In this document: in pieces, positions 1-8,528 of the stretch
How positions within the stretch are numbered: the stretch's first letter is position 1
Layout of the letters: every line of letters starts with the position of its first letter
From: Betaproteobacteria bacterium
GTDB taxonomy: Bacteria; Pseudomonadota; Gammaproteobacteria; Burkholderiales; SG8-39
Length of the DNA stretch: 25,130 bases
Direction of reading: 5' to 3'
Assembly: GCA_947467405.1 (NCBI GenBank)
Contig: CANIIN010000001.1
Location: 1-25,130, forward strand
Made by a program: the position numbers and the translations under genes
The notes under the pieces: generated by a model
Databases searched by the model: none
Seen by the model: the letters and a program-made list of their open reading frames with translations, nothing else
Told to the model about the DNA's origin: nothing

Positions 1-24
1 CATGGGATTCAAGAGTCCGCCATG

Positions 25-30
25 TAGAAT
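25..30 (+). promoter_or_regulatory. candidate sigma70 -10 hexamer (TAGAAT) for uppP
   Basis: TAGAAT at 25-30, 9 nt before the uppP ATG; no convincing -35 at positions 2-7. Confidence 0.35.
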
Positions 31-39
31 GCCGACCCT

Positions 40-867
40 ATGGATTTCATATTACTTGGCAAGGCGCTCATTCTCGGCATCGTCGAGGGGCTGACCGAAT
101 TTCTCCCGGTGTCGTCTACCGGGCATCTCATACTGGTCGGAGATCTGCTCGATTTCAATGACGAACGCGGTAAGGTTTTCGAGATAGTCATTCAGACTGG
201 CGCCATGCTGGCCATCATCTGGGAGTATCGCCGGCGGTTCGGCGCTGTCCTTGCCGGCCTTGGCTCGGATCAAGGCGCGCGAAAATTTGTGCTGAACCTC
301 GTCGTTGCGTTCATGCCGGCTGCCGTTCTGGGCCTCGCCTTCGGCCGCTACATCAAGGCTTATCTCTTCAAGCCTGTGCCCGTTGCACTGGCATTCATCG
401 TCGGCGGGATCGTCATTCTCTGGGTTGAACGTCGCAACAAGCCCGTTGTGATGGTTGAGTCGGTGGACGACATGAGCTGGAAAGACGCGCTGAAGGTCGG
501 GTTTGCGCAGGCTCTTGCCCTGATTCCCGGTACTTCACGTTCTGGCGCAACCATCATCGGGGGGTTGTTGTTCGGTTTTTCGCGCAAGGCGGCGACCGAA
601 TTTTCGTTCTTCCTGGCGGTGCCTACGCTTATCGCCGCCGGCGCCTACGATCTTTTCAAGCATCGTTCCCTTTTGTCGGCAGCGGATGCTGGTTTATTCG
701 CGGTGGGATTTGTTGCTGCGTTCTTCTCTGCCTTTCTGTGCGTGCGCTGGTTGCTGCGCTACATCGCACAGCATGATTTCGTGGTCTTCGCCTGGTACAG
801 GATCGTCTTTGGGGTTTTGGTATTGCTGACCGCGTGGACCGGCATGGTCAGTTGGACGGCCGGTTAG
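40..867 (+). CDS. uppP: undecaprenyl-diphosphate phosphatase (BacA/UppP)
   Basis: 275 aa hydrophobic ORF with the BacA motifs [17 protein letters not shown] and [10 protein letters not shown]. Confidence 0.97.
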   Translation: MDFILLGKALILGIVEGLTEFLPVSSTGHLILVGDLLDFNDERGKVFEIVIQTGAMLAIIWEYRRRFGAVLAGLGSDQGARKFVLNLVVAFMPAAVLGLAFGRYIKAYLFKPVPVALAFIVGGIVILWVERRNKPVVMVESVDDMSWKDALKVGFAQALALIPGTSRSGATIIGGLLFGFSRKAATEFSFFLAVPTLIAAGAYDLFKHRSLLSAADAGLFAVGFVAAFFSAFLCVRWLLRYIAQHDFVVFAWYRIVFGVLVLLTAWTGMVSWTAG

Positions 868-993
868 CCGGAGGGACGGAACCGCAGTTCATGCGCTCGG
901 GGGAGTGGAACCCACCTCCTTTATGTCCTCTGACCAGATGGTTCATCCGGGTTGCACTGGATGAATGAGCGCCAGGAGAGTTTTCGCCCAGGA

Positions 994-1449
994 CTAACCT
1001 TGAATCCAGGGTAAACCATCGAATCGCCACCCGCCCAATAGATTGCGTTGCCCACCGGGGTTCTTGTCTCCTTCAAACCCGTTGAGAATATTGAAGCAAT
1101 GCGTATATCCAGCCCGGGTTGCAGCGGTCGCCGCGTTGAGTGATCGCGCACCTGAACGGCAAAGAAACAGGATCGGCGCTGACAGATCTGGTACAGCCTC
1201 CTGCAGTTGCGTCATGAATTGCGGATTGGATTGACCGCCCGGCCAGATGTTCCATTGAACGAGGACTGAGTCGGGCACTCGTCCAACCCACTCCCATTCC
1301 GCTTCCGTTCGGACATCGATGAGAGTGCAGCCGGGATGCGATGTCAACAAGGCAAATGCCTCGCTTGGAAGCACTTCACCTTCGTATTCGCGGCCGGACG
1401 ATTTTGCCCGTTCGCGTGCGGTCGCCAGAAGCTGGTTGATCGTGTTCAT
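994..1449 (-). CDS. single-domain rhodanese-like (sulfurtransferase) protein
   Basis: LIDVRTEAEW, active-site loop LCRSGARS and GFEGD...GGW motifs; start at ATG 1449 (MNTINQ) preferred over the 1503 start of the ORF track. Confidence 0.88.
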   Translation of the reverse strand: MNTINQLLATARERAKSSGREYEGEVLPSEAFALLTSHPGCTLIDVRTEAEWEWVGRVPDSVLVQWNIWPGGQSNPQFMTQLQEAVPDLSAPILFLCRSGARSLNAATAATRAGYTHCFNILNGFEGDKNPGGQRNLLGGWRFDGLPWIQG

Positions 1450-1531
1450 GTGATTAGTTGATTCGTTGAAAGTGCTGCGGATTTTGAGGCGAGGAGACAG
1501 CACGAGTTAAAAATATTTTTAGCCAGACAGC

Positions 1532-1548
1532 CGCACATCAATGGTGCG
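1532..1548. promoter_or_regulatory. NtrC binding site 1 (glnA enhancer)
   Basis: cGCACatcaaTGGTGCg fits the 17-bp NtrC consensus TGCACCA-N3-TGGTGCA; upstream of a sigma54 promoter and glnA. Confidence 0.7.
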
Positions 1549-1562
1549 TTATTCGCGTTTTT

Positions 1563-1579
1563 CGCACTATAATGGTGCC
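1563..1579. promoter_or_regulatory. NtrC binding site 2 (glnA enhancer)
   Basis: cGCACTAtaaTGGTGCc; 31 bp centre-to-centre from site 1, i.e. about three helical turns. Confidence 0.8.
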
Positions 1580-1678
1580 ATAAGCTGCTTCGCCATAACA
1601 ATGTGGCACAATCATCGAACATTGCGGACTTGCTAGCACCGGGGCGTCATCGCATTGAATCTTGTTGAAAGTAACCGG

Positions 1679-1693
1679 TGGCACATTTTCTGC
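1679..1693 (+). promoter_or_regulatory. sigma54 (-24/-12) promoter of glnA
   Basis: TGGCAC-ATTTT-CTGC with GG at 1680-81 and GC at 1692-93, exactly 10 nt apart; SD AGGAGA at about 1768-1773 precedes ATG 1782. Confidence 0.8.
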
Positions 1694-1781
1694 TGAATCC
1701 AATACTGTACCCAAGTTTTCCATACCGTCCCCGGCCTGTCCGGTAAAAAACACCTTAACGCGCTCTTAGGAGAGTTTTGAA

Positions 1782-3197
1782 ATGGCAATGTCTGCAAATG
1801 ACGTACTGAAACTGGTCAAGGACAAGGAAGTCAAGTTTGTCGATTTCCGCTTTACCGACACCAAAGGCAAGGAGCAGCACGTTTCTGTTCCGGCCAAGCA
1901 GTTCACAATGGACAAGTTCGAGAGCGGCCATGCTTTCGACGGTTCATCCATCGCGGGATGGAAGGGAATTGAAGCTTCCGACATGCTGCTGATGCCCGAT
2001 CCGGATTCAGCTCGTCTGGACCCATTCACCGACGAGACCGTTCTGAACATCACGTGCGACGTGGTCGAACCGTCAGACGGCAAGGGCTACGATCGCGATC
2101 CGCGCACGATTGCAAAGCGTGGCGAGGCTTTCCTGAAGTCATCCGGGATTGGTGACACCGCTTTTTTTGGCCCCGAGCCAGAGTTCTTCATTTTTGATGG
2201 CGTCACCTGGGGTGCCGACATGTCGGGAAGTTTCGTCAAGATCAAGTCGGAAGAGGCGCCTTGATCGTCATCTATTGATTATGAAGGCGGCAACTTCGCG
2301 CACCGTGCACCGGTCAAGGGTGGCTATTTTCCCGTCCCGCCGACTGATACCTTCCATGACATGCGCAATGCGATGTGTCTTGCGCTCGAGCAGCAGGGGG
2401 TGGAAGTCGAGGTGCATCACCACGAGGTCGCCACGCCGGGTCAGTGTGAAATCGGCACGTTATTCAATTCACTCGTCAAGCGCGCCGATTGGAATCAGAT
2501 CCTGAAGTACACGGTGTGGAACGTGGCGCATGCCTACGGCAAGACGGCGACATTCATGCCGAAGCCGGTGGTGGGCGACAACGGGTCGGGCATGCACGTG
2601 CACCAATCGGTCTGGAAAGATGGCAAGAATCTGTTTGCCGGCAATGGCTACGCAGGTCTGTCCGATTTTGCCCTGTACTACATCGGCGGCATCATCAAGC
2701 ACGCCAAGGCTCTGAATGCCATCACCAATCCTGGCACCAATAGCTATAAGCGGCTGGTTCCCGGCTTTGAAGCGCCGATCAATCTGGCTTACTCGGCACG
2801 TAACCGTTCGGCTGCCTGCCGTATTCCGCACGTGTCTAACCCGAAGGGCCGACGAGTTGAAGTTCGTTTCCCGGATCCGACTGCCAATCCTTATCTCGCA
2901 TTTACTGCCCTTCTGATGGCTGGTCTGGACGGTGTGCAGAACAAGATTCATCCGGGCGACCCGATCGACAAGAACCTTTACGATCTGCCTCCTTCCCAAG
3001 CCAAGAAGGTACCGAACGTTGCTTCGTCCCTGGACATGGCCTTGGAGCATCTGGACAAGGACCGCGCCTTCCTGACCAAGGGTGGCGTGTTCTCTGACGA
3101 TTTCATTGATGCCTATATCGGACTCAAGATGGAAGAAGTCACGCGTTTCCGCATGACGACGCATCCGATCGAATTCGACATGTATTACAGCCTGTAA
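1782..3197 (+). pseudogene. glnA: glutamine synthetase type I, interrupted by one in-frame TGA at 2262-2264 (apparent pseudogene or sequence error)
   Basis: ORFs 1782..2264 and 2361..3197 are in the same frame. The gap reads [37 protein letters not shown], which is continuous GSI sequence. Motifs present: [49 protein letters not shown] and the adenylylation loop NLYDLPP. Length would be 471 aa if read through. Confidence 0.93.
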
Positions 3198-3269
3198 GAA
3201 TCGTCAGAAAGCTATTCCTTCCGCTCGCGGCTGTTTATCGGCGATTCGGGGGAGAGGGGTGATTGGAAG

Positions 3270-3305
3270 AAGGACGGGGAATGGTTCGGTACCCCGTCCT
3301 TTTTT
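3270..3305 (+). terminator. intrinsic terminator after glnA
   Basis: AAGGACGGGG (3270-3279) pairs with CCCCGTCCTT (3292-3301), followed by a T-run to 3305. Confidence 0.75.
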
Positions 3306-3308
3306 CAT

Positions 3309-3337
3309 TTGAAATCAGGATTATCTTCGCCTACACT
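3309..3337 (+). promoter_or_regulatory. sigma70-type promoter for DUF4124-glnL-glnG
   Basis: TTGAAA (3309-3314), 17-nt spacer, TACACT (3332-3337), directly after the glnA terminator. Confidence 0.6.
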
Positions 3338-3376
3338 TAAAATTCCCTCTTGAAATGCGCTTAACAGGATCAGGCA

Positions 3377-3910
3377 ATGAGGCTTTACCCCTATCTGCTG
3401 GGTGCCGCGTTCGTCATGGCCACTGCAAGCGCATTGGCGCAGGCGCCGTCCGTTGGTGCCACCTATCGTTGCGTGGACGATGCCGGACGCAGCACGTATA
3501 CCAATGTGCGCGAGGAAATGGCGGGAAAGAAATGCACGGTGGTGAGCCGTGAGGTCTCAGTCGTCCCAGTTCCTGCAGCGACTCCGTCCGCTTCCGGGAG
3601 TGCAAGATCATCAGGCGCAAAATCATCAACCGACAGTTCCGCCAGTGGATCAGGGGCGTCCAAGGTTGATGCAACAACGCAGCGCTCCCGTGATGGAGAC
3701 CGCAAGCGCATCCTCGAGCAGGAATTGCAGAGTGCCGAGAAGCAGTTGGCTGAGGCGCGCAAGAAGCTCACGGAGCAGGAATCCATCCGCAATGGCGACG
3801 AGAAGAACTACCAGCGCGTTCTGGATCGCCTCAAGCCCTTCCAGGATGAGGTTCGCATTGCCGAGGACAATGTCTCGGCACTCAGGAAAGAGTTGTCCGG
3901 TACCCGCTAG
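3377..3910 (+). CDS. exported DUF4124-like protein with Ser-rich linker and C-terminal coiled coil
   Basis: Signal-peptide-like N-terminus (MRLYPYLLGAAFVMATASALA), YRCVDDAGRSTYTN DUF4124-type motif, S/G/A-rich linker, heptad-like ILEQELQSAEKQLAEARKKL. Confidence 0.75.
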   Translation: MRLYPYLLGAAFVMATASALAQAPSVGATYRCVDDAGRSTYTNVREEMAGKKCTVVSREVSVVPVPAATPSASGSARSSGAKSSTDSSASGSGASKVDATTQRSRDGDRKRILEQELQSAEKQLAEARKKLTEQESIRNGDEKNYQRVLDRLKPFQDEVRIAEDNVSALRKELSGTR

Positions 3911-3999
3911 CGGCCTTTCACACTTCGCTTTGCTGGTGACGATCTTCCGCGCGATGCGGCGTGTTTTCGCATTTGTCCCCGTTTCGTCAGGGAGGCTCC

Positions 4000-5049
4000 G
4001 TGAAGGGATTTGAGGGCCTGGAGCATCTGGATACTTCGGTTGCAGTGCTCGACGCTGGCCTGAGGGTTTCCTACGTCAATCCATCCTTTGAAAATCTTCT
4101 CGACGTCAGCGGGAAAAGTGCGATCGGACAACGCTTCGGCGATCTGTTCGTTGATGCGGTTGATTTTGAACGGAAATTGCAACTCGCGATTGAGGACGAG
4201 CGAGGGTTTTCTGACGAAGCCATATCCCTGACCAGGCTTGGGCACGAGTCCCGGGCGCTCAATTGCGTAGTCACTCCTGTTGACACCGGCCAATTCCGTC
4301 TCATGATCGAACTGCGGCACATCGAAAAGCGTCTGCGTGTTCAGCGCGAGGAACAGCAGCAGACCCAATTGGTTGCCAATCGAGAGTTGATCCGCAATCT
4401 GGCGCATGAAATCAAGAATCCGCTGGGCGGACTTCGCGGATCCGCTCAACTGCTGGAGCGTGAACTTGATCGTCCTGAATTGCGTGAGTACACACAGGTC
4501 ATCATCAAGGAGGCAGACCGGCTTCAGGCTTTGATGGACCGCCTGCTGACGCCACATCGCCCGCCGCAATCGGTGACCATGAATATTCATGAGGTCTGCG
4601 AGCGGGTGCGGAGCCTGATTCTGGCCGAATTTCCTGCTGGATTGCGCATTCGCCGCGATTACGACACCAGCATTCCCGAGTTTCCCGGGGACCGTGAGCA
4701 ACTCATCCAGGCAACCTTGAATATTGCCCGCAATGCGGCGCAGGCCTTGGCAGGGGTCGGCGAGATTCGTTTGCGCACACGGATAGTTCGCCAGGTGACT
4801 ATTACCAAGAGGCGTTATCGCCTGGCACTAGAATTGCAAGTGATCGATGACGGCCCCGGAATTCCGGCAGATATACGGGACAGGATTTTCTTTCCGCTCG
4901 TGTCCGGACGTGAGGGCGGAAGCGGTCTGGGCCTCACGCTTGCGCAGACATTCGTTCAGTACCACAACGGACTGATCGAGGTCGACAGTGAGCCGGGGAG
5001 AACTTCTTTCAAGATACTTCTGCCGCTCAAGGCAGCGGGCAAGGGTTGA
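4000..5049 (+). CDS. glnL: nitrogen regulation sensor histidine kinase NtrB
   Basis: PAS-like N-terminus, H-box LAHEIKNPLGGLRGSAQLL, N-box NIARNAAQA, DDGPGIP and GSGLGL; GTG 4000 follows GGAGG at 3991-3995 and is preferred over 3961. Confidence 0.95.
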   Translation: MKGFEGLEHLDTSVAVLDAGLRVSYVNPSFENLLDVSGKSAIGQRFGDLFVDAVDFERKLQLAIEDERGFSDEAISLTRLGHESRALNCVVTPVDTGQFRLMIELRHIEKRLRVQREEQQQTQLVANRELIRNLAHEIKNPLGGLRGSAQLLERELDRPELREYTQVIIKEADRLQALMDRLLTPHRPPQSVTMNIHEVCERVRSLILAEFPAGLRIRRDYDTSIPEFPGDREQLIQATLNIARNAAQALAGVGEIRLRTRIVRQVTITKRRYRLALELQVIDDGPGIPADIRDRIFFPLVSGREGGSGLGLTLAQTFVQYHNGLIEVDSEPGRTSFKILLPLKAAGKG

Positions 5050-5070
5050 TCATGCAGCAAGGGATAAAAC

Positions 5071-6552
5071 GTGGAAACTGAAGACGAACTGGTCAGCGGG
5101 CAGATCATGCCTGCCCCATCTGGGGCGAGGTCCTTTTTTTCTCAGCTAAAGCCTGTATGGGTCGTTGATGATGACCGCTCGATACGCTGGGTTTTCGAGA
5201 AGGCACTGACGCGGGAGGGCATTCCTTTCAAAACTTTCGGCCTCGCGCAGGACGCCATGGAGGCTTTGGCGATCAGTCCTCCCCAGGTTCTGGTGTCGGA
5301 CATCCGCATGCCAGGGGCTTCAGGCCTGGAATTGCTGCAGATGGTCAGGGAGCGCTATCCGACCCTGCCGGTCATCATCATGACGGCGTATTCCGACCTT
5401 GAGTCGGCGGTTGCTGCCTTTCAGGGCGGGGCCTTTGAATATCTTCCCAAGCCATTCGACGTCGATCAGGCCGTGGATCTGATTCGACGTGCGCTTGATG
5501 AGTCACTGCGAGGCGTGGAGGCAGAGCAGGTTGAACCACAATCCCCGGAAATCCTGGGACAGGCGCCTTCCATGCAGGAAGTTTTCCGTGCCATCGGTCG
5601 CCTTGCGCAGTCGTCGGCGACGGTACTGATTACAGGCGAGTCGGGCAGCGGCAAGGAACTGGTTGCCAGGGCACTGCATCGTCACAGTCCGCGAGCGGCG
5701 AAGCCCTTTGTCGCCATCAACACGGCAGCCATGCCGAAGGATCTTCTCGAATCCGAACTTTTCGGCCACGAACGCGGTGCATTTACCGGTGCGCAGGCGA
5801 TGCGTCGAGGCCGGTTCGAACAGGCCGAGGGCGGCACCTTGTTTCTGGATGAAATCGGCGATATGCCATCCGAACTGCAGACACGACTTTTGCGCGTGCT
5901 GTCCGACGGAACGTTCTATCGGGTAGGCGGGCATCAACCGATACGTGCCAGCGTGCGCGTTATTGCAGCTACCCATCAGGACCTCGAAGCGCACGTCAAG
6001 AATGGTTTGTTCAGGGAAGATCTATACCATCGACTCAACGTCATACGGCTTCGCCTGCCAAGCCTGAGGGAGCGGCGCGAGGACATTCCGTTGCTCGCCC
6101 GTCACTTCCTGGGCAAGTCCGCGCGCGACCTGGGCGTCGAGCCGAAGCGCCTTGCTGATTCCGCGATGACGTATCTTGCGGGGCAGAATTTCCCTGGCAA
6201 TGTGCGACAACTCGAGAACATCTGTCATTGGCTAACAGTGATGGCGCCGATGCAGGTCGTCGAAGTCGGTGACCTCCCTGCTGAGTTGCGGGAAACAACG
6301 ACGGGTATGTCCGACTCCGACTGGCTCGGTGCGTTGGCGCGAGAGATCGATCGGATTCTTGCGCGAGGTGATTCTGCCATCATGGATTCCCTGACCCGGG
6401 ATTTCGAGAAGACGCTGATTACCAAGGCCTTGGCCAAGACTGGCGGTCGACGCATCGAGGCCGCCAATCTGCTTGGTATTGGCCGCAATACCATCACGCG
6501 CAAGATTCAGGAACTGGGTCTGGAGAAAGGCGCGTCTCAGGAGGGTAATTGA
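5071..6552 (+). CDS. glnG: nitrogen regulation response regulator NtrC (sigma54 activator)
   Basis: Receiver domain VVDDD...SDIRMPG, Walker [15 protein letters not shown] loop, FLDEIGD, C-terminal [18 protein letters not shown]; start uncertain (GTG 5071 or ATG 5107). Confidence 0.95.
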   Translation: METEDELVSGQIMPAPSGARSFFSQLKPVWVVDDDRSIRWVFEKALTREGIPFKTFGLAQDAMEALAISPPQVLVSDIRMPGASGLELLQMVRERYPTLPVIIMTAYSDLESAVAAFQGGAFEYLPKPFDVDQAVDLIRRALDESLRGVEAEQVEPQSPEILGQAPSMQEVFRAIGRLAQSSATVLITGESGSGKELVARALHRHSPRAAKPFVAINTAAMPKDLLESELFGHERGAFTGAQAMRRGRFEQAEGGTLFLDEIGDMPSELQTRLLRVLSDGTFYRVGGHQPIRASVRVIAATHQDLEAHVKNGLFREDLYHRLNVIRLRLPSLRERREDIPLLARHFLGKSARDLGVEPKRLADSAMTYLAGQNFPGNVRQLENICHWLTVMAPMQVVEVGDLPAELRETTTGMSDSDWLGALAREIDRILARGDSAIMDSLTRDFEKTLITKALAKTGGRRIEAANLLGIGRNTITRKIQELGLEKGASQEGN

Positions 6553-6696
6553 GCATCGCTGGCCGTCACGCAGTGGTGTTTGCTCGACCGTGAAAAAGTT
6601 GTGCGGAAATGCAATCTTGGCTTGATGTGATTTTGCAATCGGTGGGGGGGCTAATTTCGCCTCGAACTGACGAACATTTCATAATCCGGAATGGCC

Positions 6697-6725
6697 TTGA
6701 TTCGACTGGTGTAGACCAATAGAAT
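6697..6725 (+). promoter_or_regulatory. sigma70-type promoter for aceB
   Basis: TTGATT (6697-6702), 17-nt spacer, TAGAAT (6720-6725); SD AAGGA precedes ATG 6770. Confidence 0.55.
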
Positions 6726-6769
6726 GCCCCTCCCATCCAATTTCCTGAAACGTCCCAAGGACAATTCCC

Positions 6770-8362
6770 ATGAGCGAAACATTTCCCGGTGGCGTTGTAG
6801 TCAACGCCGAAATCACACCGGAGTTCCGGCAGATTCTCAGTCCAGATGCGATCGCGTTCTTCGCGAAGATTCATTCCACTTTTGAGCCGCGTCGCCAGGA
6901 ACTGCTTGCGCGCCGCATCACGCGTCAACAGGAATTCGATGCCGGCAAGCGCCCGGACTTTCTCCCGGAGACCGCATCGATTCGAGATTCCGAATGGAAA
7001 ATCGCTCCGCAGCCCAAGGATCTGCTTGATCGTCGAGTGGAAATTACCGGACCGACCGATCGCAAGATGGTGATCAATGCACTCAACTCCGGCGCGTCCA
7101 CATTCATGTCGGATTTCGAGGATGCCAACTGCCCGGTGTGGGGCAACATGATCGAAGGCCAGGTCAATCTTCGTGATGCGATTCGTCGCACCATCAGCCT
7201 CAACCAGAACGGCAAGCAGTACAATTTGAACGACAAGGTGGCCGTGCTCATTCCTCGCCCACGGGGATGGCACCTCACGGAGAAGCACGTCACCATGAAT
7301 GGCAAGCCTGTGTCGGGCAGCCTGTTCGACTTCTGCCTGTATTTTTTTCACAACGCCAAGGAACTGCTGGCTCGCGGTTCCGGTCCTTATTTTTATCTGC
7401 CCAAGATGGAGTCTCATCTCGAGGCACGGCTGTGGAACGACGTTTTCACCATGGCGGAAAAAGAGGTTGGCATTCCCCATGGCAGTATCAAGGGGACGGT
7501 GCTCATCGAGACCATCCTTGCGGCTTTCGAGATGAACGAAATACTGTGGGAATTGAAGGATCACTCCGCCGGACTGAACATAGGCCGCTGGGATTACATC
7601 TTTTCCTGCATCAAGAAATTTCGTTCCGACAAGGACTTCATCCTTGCTGATCGCGCGCAGGTGACAATGACCGCGCCCTTCTTGCGGGCTTACGCGCTAA
7701 CGCTGGTCAAAACCTGCCATCGTCGCGGTGCACCCGCCATGGGGGGGATGGCGGCGCAGATTCCGATCAAGAACGACCCAGTGGCAAATGAAGCGGCCAT
7801 AGAAAAGGTACGTGCCGACAAATTGCGCGAAGTGACCGATGGCTGCGATGGCACGTGGGTTGCGCACCCCGGACTGGTGCCGGTAGCCAAGGAAGTGTTC
7901 GACAAGCACATGCCGACGCCGAACCAATACGACAAGCAGCGTCCGGACGTCAATTACACTGCAAAGGACCTCCTGGATTTTCGCCCCAATGGCCCGATTA
8001 CCGAAGCCGGCTTGCGCAACAATATTTCGGTTGGCATCCAGTACCTCGGGGCCTGGCTTGCCGGAAACGGTTGCGTGCCGGTTTTCAATCTCATGGAAGA
8101 CGCGGCGACGGCCGAAATCTCCCGTTCGCAGATATGGCAGTGGATCCGCAGCGACAAAGGCAAGCTTGATGACGGCCGCAAGGTGTCTGTCGATCTCTTC
8201 CGCCAACTCCTCGCCGAGGAACTGCCAAAGGTGAAGACTTACCTTGGTGAAGAGGCGTTCAAGAACGGACGATATGAGGAAGGCGCCAAGCTCTTTGATC
8301 GCCTCACCACCGGCGACTACGTTGATTTCCTCACCTTGCCGGCGTATGAGGCCATTGCCTGA
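6770..8362 (+). CDS. aceB: malate synthase A
   Basis: [33 protein letters not shown] and [18 protein letters not shown] motifs; 530 aa, the size of the MSA type. Confidence 0.96.
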   Translation: MSETFPGGVVVNAEITPEFRQILSPDAIAFFAKIHSTFEPRRQELLARRITRQQEFDAGKRPDFLPETASIRDSEWKIAPQPKDLLDRRVEITGPTDRKMVINALNSGASTFMSDFEDANCPVWGNMIEGQVNLRDAIRRTISLNQNGKQYNLNDKVAVLIPRPRGWHLTEKHVTMNGKPVSGSLFDFCLYFFHNAKELLARGSGPYFYLPKMESHLEARLWNDVFTMAEKEVGIPHGSIKGTVLIETILAAFEMNEILWELKDHSAGLNIGRWDYIFSCIKKFRSDKDFILADRAQVTMTAPFLRAYALTLVKTCHRRGAPAMGGMAAQIPIKNDPVANEAAIEKVRADKLREVTDGCDGTWVAHPGLVPVAKEVFDKHMPTPNQYDKQRPDVNYTAKDLLDFRPNGPITEAGLRNNISVGIQYLGAWLAGNGCVPVFNLMEDAATAEISRSQIWQWIRSDKGKLDDGRKVSVDLFRQLLAEELPKVKTYLGEEAFKNGRYEEGAKLFDRLTTGDYVDFLTLPAYEAIA

Positions 8363-8379
8363 CAGGTCTGCAAAGCAGA

Positions 8380-8407
8380 AAAAAGGCCGGCTTGTGCCGG
8401 CCTTTTT
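8380..8407. terminator. bidirectional intrinsic terminator between convergent aceB and xth
   Basis: AAAAAGGCCGGC-TTGT-GCCGGCCTTTTT, a perfect stem with A/T tails on both sides. Confidence 0.88.
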
Positions 8408-8528
8408 CATTTGCATCTTCTTAGGGAAGCGCTGATCAAGTGCAGAAAATCAGCATGCCTCGAAAAGCTTCCCTCTGAAGTGGGGGATATAGAAGGGGGC
8501 ATGCCCCCTTGTTCAGTGAATCCTTGGA

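Noticed and set aside
901-930. Similarity to the Betaproteobacteria toxic sRNA family (anti-SD-rich hairpin)
   Set aside because: The arm order differs from what I recall of that family and no terminator hairpin with U-tail follows; it cannot be supported without an Rfam search.
961-993. GGAGAG / AAACTCTC words resembling a glycine riboswitch
   Set aside because: They are the same bases read on opposite strands, the rest of the aptamer is missing, and the region is 3' of both flanking genes.
1604-1618. Second TGGCAC upstream of glnA as another sigma54 promoter
   Set aside because: The -12 position reads GA rather than GC at the required spacing; at most a weak auxiliary NtrC half-site.
2262-2330. 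Selenocysteine or genetic code 4/25 explanation for the glnA TGA
   Set aside because: The aligned residue is Trp rather than Cys, I see no SECIS-like hairpin directly downstream, and TGA is used as a normal stop by many genes in this window.
6676-6691. TTTCATAATCCGGAA upstream of aceB as an IclR-type operator
   Set aside because: The dyad symmetry is too weak to call from one instance.
6566-7564. 332-aa antisense ORF over ntrC-aceB spacer and aceB
   Set aside because: It is a reverse-strand shadow of a conserved GC-rich gene with no recognisable motif. The same applies to 2469..3164, 3907..4701, 7697..8416, 13011..13691, 14034..14651 and the other long overlapping ORFs.
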